A DNA stretch of 64,000 bases from Vermamoeba vermiformis (Eukaryota), in contig JBEWZL010000266.1 in NCBI GenBank assembly GCA_045837725.1, positions 558,001 through 622,000 of the forward strand, written 5' to 3'. A program made the translations under genes and the position numbers. This document shows, one piece after another, positions 36,128 to 50,406 of this stretch (the first letter of the stretch is position 1; each line of letters opens with the position of its first letter). Under the pieces are notes generated by a model. It ran no database searches. It saw only the letters and a program-made list of their open reading frames with translations, and was not told the DNA's origin.

Positions 36128-38195
36128 TTAAAGACTATTTCCTCGTCGTGTTTTATGCGAAATTAGTGTAATTTCCTTTCTGCAGCGCGATGGATTTTAA
36201 TTACTTACCATCTCTCGGACGCTTGGTAGTAAACAATCTCTTCATTGACAATGTTAATTTTGGACGAGCGAGTAGTACATTGACCGACGTAAAGCTCGCG
36301 TGAGCCGAGATGCGACCACCGGGCTGCAATAAATTTATTTAATTGTTATTCTATCCCAATTCGCTAAAAAAATTTGTACTAACTCCTTAATATACTTGGG
36401 TTTAGCACTATAACTGAAATCGAGAATAATAAATAAAATATATTATTGCTGAGTTCACTGGATATTTTCTAGTTTAATAATTACCTTGTGGTGAGTTAGA
36501 GTGGAGACACTGCGCTGTGCAGTGATGGCACACACGGAGCTCTTCGTTGCATTCAATCTCCTGCAAATGTCATGGTGATGAGCGCGTTGTTAATGGACGG
36601 TCGGTAGCCACTTACAGCACCGACGAAGAAAGGAGTCTACAAACAGGAAGCATTGTACGATGTAAAGAAAGCCAACAACTACGCAGTGCGACAAATGTTA
36701 TTATTTTCTGCAATGAGCCACGTGTAAAAACGGCCAATGTCGGTGTCTGTGCACCGACCGCTCGTGCCAGTACATTTGACGGGAGTTAACAATCATTTAC
36801 AGTTCACTGTCCGTGAGATACAAAGGTACGTCTGTTGGACTTACATGCAGATCGTTCTAGTTATAGTTTTTCAAACTTTGAGTGCCGTTTTTGCTAATAG
36901 TCAGCACAACAGGCACTTTCGACTACCAAGGGCACAATCACTCACGATACCAAACACTGCAGTGGTGAATTCATATCCTGCAGTGACATGACTAACGCTT
37001 GAACGGGATATTTCGTCTTACAAAGTCATTGCTGGACTTGCTATCTATTGTATTGATATTTAAGTCCTCCATATTCTGATTAGCTTCTTCTTTGGTAGAT
37101 TCTTCTAAGAACGCAAAAGCAGAGATCAGATCTGATTCAAACTCGGTCTCTGCAAGGCTCTGTAGGCTTCCACAGATCTCAATGCAGTTTTTGTTGTGAT
37201 CCATCTAAACAGGTTAGGTTATTTTCATCGGTTAATATTGCGCCGCTGCAACTTACTTTAACAAAGACATTATCGAGTCTCCAATACTTGTCGCTACTTA
37301 GCAACAAACTTTTGTTTTGCGGTAAAAACGTTATCCACAACGACACGTCGAAGTCTGCATCAAGTTCAGGCGGCTGGTCAACACGCAAGAGCTTGTAATA
37401 TTGTCGACTATCTCCAGCTAGATTCATTGGGTAATACGCTACTCGACGATCCCAATACTCGTCAACAAAATTCATGTGTTCCCACTCTGCCATCAAATAA
37501 GGATCGAGCAAGTAGGTTAGGTTCTTTACTTACCGCTTCTTGATATTGGGGCTTTGAGCGAAACAAACTCGATAAATTCTTGCAAAGAAACACACAGGAG
37601 CTCCATTCCCTGTATAATACCCAATAAAGCAGTGCATGCTTCAGTATGAACAGTTCTATTAACTGCTAGCTGAGGGGCGAAATACTCAACGCTTGAATGG
37701 AAGGGACTTAAAAAAAAACATTAATAATTATGACTGCAAAATTAATATTTACTAACATAAGTTGGTTGCATTTGTCAACTAGAATCTTATTTCGCTTGCG
37801 GAGTTTGTAGATTTTTTTTGATCTGATTTTAAAATAAGTGCCGCGAAAAATCCAATCATCTTTGCTGTCGGTATTTCAGCAGCCGTGAATGCCTCTGCAA
37901 AAGTTAAATATCCTAAATTCATCCATGTTGATTTAGACGACATTACAGCGCGGATCCTAAGTTGAAAATACTTAATTATCGCCTGCGATCTGGCAATTTA
38001 CCTTTTGTTGGTACTATAAAGAATTATTAAAATTTTAGGTCGGTTCAGTAAATAACTCAGTATTTTTTCGACTAGCTCTTTGATCTCGAATACATTCGGT
38101 TGATCTGCTCTTGCATTGCCTTGGTGCTCTGTTTTTCTCCTCTTATTTGGGCCTACTTCTTCTATACTGTCAATATTTCGCTTTAATGTGGCCAT
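36128..38195 (-). CDS. Hypothetical protein with NLS and F-box-like N-terminus; exon structure and 3' end uncertain (may be two genes)
   Basis: MATLKR..NKRRK, then VFEIKELVEKILSYL (F-box-like). Downstream minus-strand exon-like segments have GT/AG ends. Confidence 0.45.
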
Positions 38196-38280
38196 TCTGG
38201 CTGAAGATTTGAAACAAATGACGCATCCATCAGGGCAAACCGTCTTGGCGAAACGGCGCCGTAATTTCAGTACTGTTAAA

Positions 38281-40706
38281 ATGGCTACAGCGGAGCAACG
38301 TCGCGCAGAGTATCAGAGACAAATTGATAATGCTCCTAAATGCACCAAATGCAGGGAGCCGCTTTCAGGTTTGGAAGATTTTTGTGGATCGACAAAATCT
38401 TTTTTGACCGTTATTTAATAATAGGCATGTCCTTCGAATTTGAGGGCAGAGAATTTTGTAAGAACTGTTTCAAATGCCAAGGTTGCGGTGCTTCATTTTC
38501 GGGTAAGAAAATTGGAATAATCGTAATTGATCTGTATTCCCAATTTACTAACTTTTTAAGACCAATCACCTCGAAAATTTAATCAACCAATTATTTTAAT
38601 ATAATAATAATTATATTATTATTTTTAGGCGGTGAGGCTATCAGTGTCAATGACTTGCCGTACTGTGACGGATGTGGCCGCCAAGCTTTTGTCCTGAGGT
38701 ACGTGCCTTTGTTCCTTAGATTCATCTGTACAACAAAAAGTTTGAGATAAACCAACCTGTCGATCTGACACGTCACCAGAAGGAAATTTCTGGATGCGAT
38801 AAATTTAATCCACCGGCGTTCATTTCACCTGCATTGTTTACAATAGTAACACATTAATATAGCACGAAGAACAAACGTGCCTCCGTTCAAGTCGAGTCCG
38901 CCGCAACGGATACGCGAGAGAAGCTTTCTTTTAACGAACTTCAAAAGAAACAACGCGAAGAGCAACGCAAAGCCGAATTAGAACGTGAAGAAAAACAAAT
39001 TATTCGTGAAGAGAAGCAAGTAAGTCGGAGTAATACGCTTTCAATAGGAGGCGCGTCTATTAAAGCGAGCTTAAACTAATTCATTTACAGCGTATGGAAA
39101 TGGAGCGTGCAGAAAAGGAAAGAGAAAAGTATGAGCAAGAAAAGGCTCGAATTGCTGCAATGAGAGAATCTTCGTCAAAGGACGAATCTGGATCCACCGG
39201 CGTCGTTAATTTCCGTGAGCTTGGTACGCATTTTATCAAATACGTTCTCTAGTCCAATTTATTTTTAAAATTACATTATGTTTCGACTACATATGTAAAT
39301 TTCTTATTTTGACATCCGAATTTACAGAGCGCAAGAAACGAGAGGAACGCGAACAAATGCTGAAAAAACTTGCTGAGAAGCAAGGTACTTCAACAACGAC
39401 CTCGTCAAGCACGACAGCCGCTCCCAGCTCTGGTTCACCGACGAAACCGATCGCATCAGCTCCTTCAAAGAGCGGATCCGACTTTGGTAAGCCAAAACTA
39501 TTCCTTATCGAATACTTATGTTAATTAACCGTATTTTAGGATTTACTGTGACGCTTAAAGGTGACGGCAGTAAAGCGGCAAAGGTTAACGACTTGACCGT
39601 GTTCACCGTCCAAGTTCAAGAGAAGGGTCGCTTGGCTAAAGTGAAGAAAGACGAAGACTTGCAGATTGTATTTGAAGGTCCCGATAGCAAGGTAATATAG
39701 GCCTATTCTGAACATATCAATTATTAACTTCTGTGGCAGATCAAACCCAAGATCAAGTACGTCGAGAAGTTGGGCTCGTTCACCGTGGGCTACAAAGCAA
39801 CCATTCCTGGTCACTATGAAATGCACATTAGGTAAGTACTGTAGGAGTTTGTAGTACCGTCCTTAAACTCACCGTGTCGTCAATCAGATTCGATGACATG
39901 TCACTCGGCACGTTCCCCTTGGCAGTATCGAACGAATCTGGCTCCGTGCCTGGTGCTGCTCCATCGCAATCTACAGCCACAACCTCGCCTCCTACTACAA
40001 CTAATGCTGCTCCGTAAGTTCTTTCAGTTTAATATGAGCGAAATTGACCGGTGTCAACAGCACTACCAAAGCACCAGAAAAGATTGAGCCAAAGCAGCAC
40101 GAAGTCAAGCCTGTACAGCCAGTGGAGACTAAAAAAGAGGAGCCTGTGGCCGTTAAAGAAGAACCTAAGCCTGAGCCTATCAAAGAAGAACCCGTGCCCA
40201 AGTTATCACTCGCAACCTCTCCCGAGTCTGCCTCACCGACGGACGGTCTCTCGCGCGAAAACTCGATGGCTGGTTTGACCAAAGAACAAAAATTGGCTAT
40301 CATTCGCGAACGAAAGGCTAGGTTGCTTACTCCACGCTCAGCAGCTGAGGCTGAAAAAGCTGAAAGCACATCCAGTTCAGCTTCGACTACCGAGACTGCT
40401 GCAAAGACTGAAAGTGAATCCGCTGATGATATTGCAAGTGCTGTGATAACTGAAATTAGAGTCACTTTTAAAGCTTTGAACAAGCATGGCAAACCAAAGT
40501 CAACGTAAGTAGCGCGGATGTGCCTTTCGTTTCACGCTTCTAACCTTAAAAATGTTAGTGGGGGTGACGCTAAGAAATTAGAGACAGCTCCTCATCATGA
40601 AGTCGTCGATAATAATGACGGATCGTACACAGTCAAGCTCAGCAAGCCTGAACATTTCGCAGTTAAAATTGATGGCAATCCTGTGTTGAGAGCTGAGTTT
40701 ATTTAA
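38281..40706 (+). CDS. LIM-domain cytoskeletal protein with coiled coil and filamin-like Ig repeats
   Basis: Cys pairs CTKC..CKNCFKCQGC..YCDGC, a charged coiled coil, and filamin-type FTVQVQ..FEGP, FTVGYKATIPGHYEMHI and VVDNNDGSYTV. Confidence 0.8.
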
Positions 40707-40949
40707 TGTGCATTAATAGATATTCATCCTATTTATTCGCTTGCCTTGTAGAAATAGAGCCAGTAAAATGTAAAGACCACGTGCTTCGTTTGTCCGTTCG
40801 AACTGCAGTCTTGCGCGCAATTTTTTATCTTGTTAAAAGCACTAAATAAGACACAGGACATAACAAATAGATACCGAAATAAGATTTGCATTTTTGTGGC
40901 CTTATTGATCGAGATAATTGGATCGAGCGTTCTTCATTCAACTTGCATC

Positions 40950-42973
40950 ATGGAAATAATTAAATCAGTGGATTTTACCGAAATATTACCAACAGAGGTA
41001 CGCAATTATGCATAACTAATGGTGTAACCTACTGATCTTTAAATAATTTTTCATTATTTTCAGGTGTTATTTCAGATTTGCTTCAATTTAACCAGGGATG
41101 AACTTGCAAAATGCGCATTTATATGCAAAAAATTCAAACCAGTGTGTATGTACGTTTTAGAACACAAACGAAAAATTCGATTGGTGGATGACTTGCTGAA
41201 TGTCGTCTTTGTATCTTTGCCCGAATCTGGTACGTCAAAATTTATTGATAAAGATATTGAATTAATAAATTGATAAAAGGCAAGACGACTCTAGTTGAGA
41301 CTTTGGCGGGAACTAGATATCGAAAACCTTACGTGGGCGCTCAGCGTACTTTTTATATTAAATTGGATACTAAGTCGATGCGGGGAAATAATCAAGTCAT
41401 TGGGTTAATCGATGCGCCTAATGGTAGAAATTACAGGAAAATGAACTGGATCTGCGCTTCTCAAGTAGCTACTTGCAAATAGATTATAGCATTCCGTACT
41501 AATAATTCCATAGTCTGATTTGTGCGTTTTTGTCGTGAACGCTTTGTCCCCTGAATCAGTAGCATCATTCGACAAGGCGCAGATCCAAGAACTGATACTC
41601 GGAGTGACGCATATGATGAGTTCCCGCGACGTAATTATTGCCGTTAATATTCGAGACACGAATTACAACAGTTCTACGCCGGAGAACAGTAACTATAATA
41701 TTGATTGTACGGGTCTGATCTAAATATTTTCCATTTTAGGATTTCGACACACGGAAAGGTTAATAACGCCTATACTTAACAAATCCATTGGCCCGTGTTT
41801 TGATATCGTGCCAGTGGATGCACTGAAAAATGTCGGAGTATTTCCGACAGCTCCCTTCCCTTGGTTCAAAGGACCATCGCTGTGGACACTCTTAATGGAC
41901 AGTCAAAAGCACAGTAATTACGATGCAAAAGCTGTTGAGCAATTGCGTCAAGCTCCGTTTGAATTTCAAACAGTTAACAAAATGTTTATTCGCGGCGTAT
42001 CTTCAGGGCTAGCAATAGGCAGAGTACTGTGTAAGTAGCCTGGCAATATAATAGCACTATCATTGACACTAACGAATGGCTTATATAGCTGGTTCTATCT
42101 CTGTCAATAAGGATCCAACAAGGCCAAACCAAGTACGTCTAATTCCGCATCGGGAGTCATACGTTAGAAGTATTCAAATGGGCGGTAATCGCATCAATAC
42201 AGCGGTGGCAGGTAATTATATACTTAAGCAAGCGAGAAATGAAACTGTATAATTAACGGATCTGACAGGTGATTACGTGGGATTCGACTTGAAAGGCCTG
42301 TCCACGACAGAATTGAGAAAAAGATATGGATTTATATGGACCTATATTGATCCCGTTACGAATGAACAAGTTCCTATCGACATCACTTTGGCATTCCGAA
42401 TGCAATTTGTTGTTGTTGATCCCAAACTGCTCGCTCTCCGCAACGTTTACTACGTTCATTATGGTGCACATCGCATTCACTGCGTATTACTTTGGATATT
42501 TCCTTCACAGACGTACAAAAGTCCTACGGACATCAAAAAATTAAAGCGAGGTGAGGCAATCATGGTACCGTTAGAACGAGTGCCAATGCGCGTGTACAAA
42601 GCGAATGCATTTCAAAAGAATGTGCACGGCAAGGTCATGTTGACCCAAAAATACGGTACAATAGCCGCAATTGGCCGAATAGACAAAGTCCTATCTAAAA
42701 AGATGGATCTGGTTACGATGCCAAACGCGCAAGGTAAATGATAACCATTTTGTGTATACAGAATAATTTACTAATACTAATTTTTTAGATTACATCCAAT
42801 TGTATGAGACAGTTATGAACGAGGCCCAAGCGTTGTTTGGTAGCTCGCTGGAAGAAGAAAAATTGTTGGCAGAGTTCGTTGCATATATGAAAGACAATAT
42901 GCAAGCAAGACATAGCATTGCAGGCTGTACAAAACGATTTAGTGATCGCCGGTACTACGAACGTAACGAATAG
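40950..42973 (+). CDS. F-box fused to a divergent eEF1A/HBS1/eRF3-like translational GTPase (domains I-III)
   Basis: ILPTE/VLFQICFNLTRDELAKCAFICKKF, LNVVFVSLPESGKTT (G1), IDAPN (G3), IIAVNIRD (G4), PWFKGPSL, GRVLSG, VRSIQM, AVAGDYVGFDLKGL and GTIAAIGRI. Confidence 0.8.
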
Positions 42974-43047
42974 TTCCGTCCAAAAACTTGAAAAACAAAA
43001 TAGTAAACGAATTAAAGTATCTTTCGAGCAACACAACTATTATTATA

Positions 43048-43645
43048 ATGTCATTGTTATTAGAACAAGTTCACCCAGCTCCAATGCAATCAGGAGTGGG
43101 AGTGCCGATCAAGACTGAACACTTTGCTTGTTTGCTTGACGGCGTGCACACAGAGTTTATTCTTAATGTCCTTGATGACCACCTATTTTTTGTTATTACA
43201 CAGCTTGGCAAATTTGGCACCATTGTAAGTTTGTGGCTGATCTGACACGCAATAATTATTTTTAAAATTTTCTAGCCATCTTCTTTTCGAATTTGACCAC
43301 CAAAGACGCCGTACATGATATTTTTAATTATTAAGAAATATTTTAAAATTAAACTGTATTTTTCTAGTTGAAAGCGCGAAAAGAACAAAATTACAACTTA
43401 GAGGGAGCCCCAATTTACGAGATTGAAACCATCTTAGGTAAATATTCAAATAACGCCCACATTTTCTAACTCTTTCAGGCAAACGAGACGATCCTACTTT
43501 GGAGATCTTTGCGCGTCAATTAATCGAAATTACATCAGCTCAGTGCCCTAAGCCGCTAGTACTCGCATTAGGACTCAAGTCTAAAATGAGCCCAAAGCTG
43601 TTGAAGAGTATTTTAACTATCATTATGATGCGGAGAGTTTGGTAA
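43048..43645 (+). CDS. PSMG3: Proteasome assembly chaperone 3 (PAC3)
   Basis: DGVHTEF..FFVITQLGKFGTI, ETILGKRDDP..IFARQL and PLVLALGLK. Confidence 0.88.
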
Positions 43646-43760
43646 AGCCATGGCTTGAAAAATAAAGGCTGATCCAAACTAAAACATTTAGCATAACACT
43701 ATTGATGCAAGTAATAATATAGCTATGTCATATATATTTTTATGCAATAATAACTCGAGT

Positions 43761-45468
<1,708 letters not shown>

Positions 45469-45581
45469 CCAATGGTAGAAAAGCTAATTGTACAAAAGCT
45501 TTTTGTTCATTGAATTGACGCGAATTTTCTTTATTTGTGCTTTATTAATAATAAAGAGCCTGATGTTACAAGTACATAAAA

Positions 45582-46398
45582 TTAAAAAAAGGTCACTAAT
45601 GCAGCTAAGGTTGCCAAGATAAATGCGGAAGCAAGCAGATTGGAACTGGAAGATTTCACCATCGTAGATGCAGGTTGCTTGGAACCGCTAGGAGTTGATA
45701 CAGCTGCTGGTTGTTTGGAACCGCTGGGAGTTGAGACAGCTGCTGGAGTTTGAGCAAGAGGGCTAGATCCGTATGGATTCACGGCCGTAGGACTGCCTGC
45801 AATTGGACAAGCAGTAACTTGCACGTATCTTGCTAAAACTGAAAACGCAGTACACGCCTTAGATAGGGCGGTCGTTCCCTGTACGGTCGTGCAATTGGCA
45901 TCCTCATAGCTATTTTGATTCAGAGCATCACCCGTGCAACTGCTAATTACCATGGCTGAAACTGAACCCGATGTCACATCGAAGACGACGCACGTGTCGG
46001 CAAGTGCTGGTGAAGAGTTAGTTTAAATCTGAGTGCAGCTCAAGATTGGACGTACCTCCAGTCTCTCCGTTTACCGTGCTGCAATCCTGGGATGTACTTG
46101 ATTTGATGACAGAAAATCCGTCTTGATATCGTGGCGTAACTTCTGTGCCACAGACTTCTTTCACCCAAAATTTACCTGGATACAGCTCTGCGCACCCGTT
46201 AACAGTGCAAGGAGTCTACGAACGATAAGAAGAACGTTCGTAATTAATAATTTTACTCACGTCATAAGTACTGTAAGAATAGGCCACATGAAAACCAGAG
46301 CAGTCAGCGTTATTGTAGATCAAGCGCGTGTAAACTGCCTCGGACTGGCTCACGCACACGATTACTAACAATACTGCTGCGAGGAAGATTTTTGACAT
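45582..46398 (-). CDS. Secreted, probably GPI-anchored Cys-rich surface protein with S/T/P stalk
   Basis: Signal peptide MSKIFLAAVLLVIVCVSQSEA, tandem AAVSTPSGSKQP x2, and a hydrophobic C-terminus SSSNLLASAFILATLAALVTFF. Confidence 0.75.
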
Positions 46399-46612
46399 TT
46401 GTGAAGGCAAGTCGAGGTAACACAGAGTAATTAAATAATTAAAGCAAGCACAAATTCGACTCTTATTTAACTACCTCTAAATTTCTGTTTTGGTCCGATT
46501 ATGTTCCTTTTCGGTAGTTGCGGGACGGGTGCGTCCCAATGAAATTTCGTGTAAGGAGATTCTGATAACTGACCGACTGAATGAGATATGGTATTATTAT
46601 GAATAGCGGCCG

Positions 46613-47981
46613 CTAGACGTTTATTTCAAACTTAGCTTTTTTCAGTGCATCATACGCTCGCTTCGTGTCGGCTTCTGAAACGAACAAATAATCAGTGCTG
46701 AAGGCGCTAATGTAGAATAAATTGATCTTCGACTTAGACATAGGGTCACTAATGGAGTAGACGATACCGCATTCATCTGTAAGCAGATGTGGTCAGTTGG
46801 AAGCACGATCTCGTCGAGAATGATTCCTGTACATACCGAAACCCAAAGGTCCATCAGCGACACGAATAATTTTCCAAACACCTTCTTGCACTGGCCAGTT
46901 GTATTCTTTCAACGCTCGTTCGTCCATCAAAATCGAGATCTCATCGTCGATCTCGGTGTACGAGCAGAAATAATCTCTGTGTAGCCGTTGTTATTATTGT
47001 CTTCGTAATATCAATGAAGTTATGGATTACTTACGTATAAAATAGCAGTTTAATCAATTGAATGCCGAATGTTTCGAGTTCATCGCGCTTCATTGCCAGC
47101 GACTTCATGTTGATGGGTGGTGAAGCCAAAGGATGTTTCTTGACGGTCGTGAGCGCTGTTTTGTTTGCAGGCACGGCTTGTTGCGGACTCAACTCGTGTT
47201 TGAGCTCTTCGAGACCTTCAGTCATCACGCCAACACTCTTTTCCAAGCACTCTAGTGCTTCGAGTACTCTGTTGTCTGGCACCTGTTTAATGTGTTAACA
47301 AGATATAATGAATAGCTTAATACGTACCAATACGAAGTCGTTTTCATTGGTGCTCAAATAAAAGATTGTAATTCCCGCGTGGAACAACGGTTCTGAGAGA
47401 GAATGTACTACACCAGTGGGATCTGCATTGTAATGTTAGTAAATATGTCTAACAATATTAGCAGTATTTTTATAAGGTATCAATAATGACGGATCACATA
47501 CTGAACCCTTGTGCACCCTCGTTGACCTGGATCGCGCGCCAAACTATGCCAGAGGACTCGAGAGGTAATCCTCCCTCTGTGATTGACTTGTGCATATCCT
47601 CTTCTAATATTAGCGATATTTCATCCTCTGTTCGTGCAATGGAGATAAACTGTGTGGATCTGATCGGCGATCGGTTAATTACAAAAACAAAAAATGCAAA
47701 ATAAAAATCTTGATATTCTATATTTATTATAGCAATAGTAATATCATACCGTAATTGATTTGTCGCTCGAAAAAATTTAAAGAGGTCTGAAATTATTGCT
47801 GTACGTGCTAATTGGCTACAGCCTCTCAAAGCACGTTCTAAACTTAGATTATTACTTACTTTTCCAAATAAAATATTTGCTTAATTAATCGGTGAGAAAC
47901 TGTCTCGATCTTGTCTTTTCTGACAGATGCGATCAGCAGCTTGTACGGCATGATCGTTAAATGCATTTGAACATCCTCCAT
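46613..47981 (-). CDS. CASTOR/GATS-like ACT-domain protein
   Basis: Two ACT-pair repeats: FISIARTEDEISLIL..WRAIQV..GVVHSLSEPL..IFYLST..DFVLV and YTEIDDEISILMD..GPLGFDECGIVYSISDP..FYISAFSTDYLFV. Confidence 0.85.
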
Positions 47982-48160
47982 CTTGCTTATTGTGCAATAA
48001 TATTGGCTTTGAGTGGATTATTATCTTCAATCGTGCCGAAAACGGCTCTTTGATTCACAAAACTTCGACCAATCACAGCACGCTTATTTTGTATGTATGG
48101 AACTTGCTTGCCAAAAACACGTTGCTCTTTGTATACTTAAACAATAACATACGACTGAAC

Positions 48161-50293
48161 ATGGAGAAAGATCAAGAACGCCCACCTCAGCAAATTATAA
48201 CTGGTAATAATAACACATTCATCACTTCTAACGCACCAGCTGCTGATTCTCTTCGTCAGACGTACATATTTGGAATGAATTGGCTACTACTGGAATCCAT
48301 CCGGCTCCTCGTCATGGTAAGTCCCTTTAACAGGCAAATTAATTTTAAATTCAATTTCACCATCTCCTTTCTATAAGCGAAATTAGCCTCATTTAATTGA
48401 CCAAACTATATTATAAAATTTACCTGATTTTTTTATGCAGTGCACAACTGTTACATGCGACAAGATAAAATGATTGTTTTCGGCGGTTACACGGACGGTT
48501 CTACTTACCTGAAAGACATTTACGAATATGATTTTGGTAGGACACTACATATTAATATGCATTTAAACTAATTTTTTGGTTGAAGAACGTAAACGGTGGC
48601 GGAATATCAAAGCACTAAAAGGAGGTCAAAACATTGTTGGCAAGCATTCAGCCGCGTACGTTATCGCTATATTAGCGCCATGATGTAGACTAACACTACG
48701 TAGTATGGTTATTCACAACGATAAGATGTATGTCTTCGCTGGGGTCAAGCATCTCGCGGTCAAAACGAACGAGCTAATCGAATTCGACTTTGGTAAGCTA
48801 TCAAATTACTATAAATGGTATCTAAATACCCTGAAATAGAAAAGTTTACTTGGCGCGAAGTTGAACAAAAAGGCGATATACCGGCTGAGCGTTGGGGGTA
48901 AGTTTTCAATCATGCACGTGGTGGATCCTAACCTCGATACCCTCCGCAGTCACACAGCAGTAATGTACAACGGAGAAATGATCGTATTCGGAGGATTCGG
49001 AAGCTCGTTCATGAACGACATTCACGCGTACAATTTCGAAACGGAGACGTGGCGAAGAATATTCGCTAATGGCCGACAACCTAAACCGCGTCACCTTCAC
49101 ACAGCCGTGGTGTATAAAGATAGTACGTTAGTAGAAAACTGCTTTATTTGCTATTCTAACGGCCAAATTTAAGCAATGATTATCTGCGGTGGTTACGCGG
49201 GAAGTATCACTCTTGCAGATCTTTGGGAATATGATTTTAGTAAGTTAAACAATTGTTACATTGTAATCGCTAATATGAGTGTTGTAGAGGACAACAGTTG
49301 GACGCACTTAGACGAGTACAACGAGGCCACAAACAGACGAGGTCACAGTGCAGTTGTGTACAAGAACAAAATGATCGTGTTCGGCGGTGCCGCTGACTCT
49401 CAGAGTGTTAATACCGTGTACCAATGGCATCTAGGTAAGATAAAAGCTCCAACTACCGCAGCTAATACAATTTTCTTCTCAGAACGAAAGAAATGGAAAA
49501 AAATAGAAGTTTACGGTCCTGAACCTAGTAAGACTTGAGTTTCAACGAAAAAATCTTGGTTTAATCATTTTTGTAGCTGTTAGACATTTCCACACCGCGG
49601 TTTTGCACGAAGACTCGATGTACATCTTTGGCGGCATTTTCAAAAGCAGCAATATGAACGACATTCACGAATTCCCCTTAAGTAAGTCATTTTATTGAAT
49701 TAATATCCTTGCGTGTGGATTTGCTTACTCTGGCACGCTAGAGCGAAAAGGAATCTCGGATAAACCAACAGGAGCTTTTGTGGATCTGTCCAAATTACTG
49801 GCGGACAAGAAGTATTGCGACGTGACTTTCATACTCGAAGACGGCACTACATTTCAAGCGCACAAAAACATCCTCGTTTGTCGCAGCGAACACTTCAAAG
49901 CGATGCTAGAAGGAGGACTTAGAGAATCCGGACAAAATATGATAAGAGTGCCTGGTGTCAGAGAACCCGTTTTTAAAGCAATTATGCAGTTCATATATAC
50001 AGATACAGTTACAGTTACCGACGATATTGCCGTGGATCTGTTCATCACGAGCGACAAATTTTTATTACCAAAGTTGAAGTGCCTAGTTGAAGATGCATTG
50101 CTTCGAGGTAATTTAATAAGAATGAAAGTATATTAGTACTAATCCTATTGCAGCAATCGACTCAGAAAATCTGCCGTCGTTGATGGAGCTCGCAACACTT
50201 TACTCCGCGCCAACACTGAAACTAGCTTGTGAGATGTTCACAAAGGGCAAACAACGTAAAAAGGAACGCAAGAATAATCGTCCCTTGGAATAA
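48161..50293 (+). CDS. Kelch-repeat + BTB/POZ protein (LZTR1-like)
   Basis: Repeated HTAVxY..MIVFGG kelch units and BTB CDVTFILEDGTTFQAHKNILVCRSEHF. Confidence 0.88.
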
Positions 50294-50406
50294 TTCTTTG
50301 TACAATAATAAATGTTAGTTCGGCTGGTCGCGCAGGTCGATCGAATTCTTGGAAATGGCCAAAAGTCTTTTTTGTATTCCTTCGGTTCCAGCATCGTTCC
50401 TTTGCC

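Noticed and set aside
45670-45746. 36-bp tandem repeat
   Set aside because: It is a coding repeat (AAVSTPSGSKQP x2) in the stalk of the GPI-anchored protein, not a CRISPR or mobile repeat.
48161-50293. Kelch-repeat gene as a possible RAG2-like partner of the RAG1-like transposase
   Set aside because: It lies 37 kb away, outside the TIRs, is intron-rich and ends in a BTB domain, so it is an ordinary LZTR1-like host gene.
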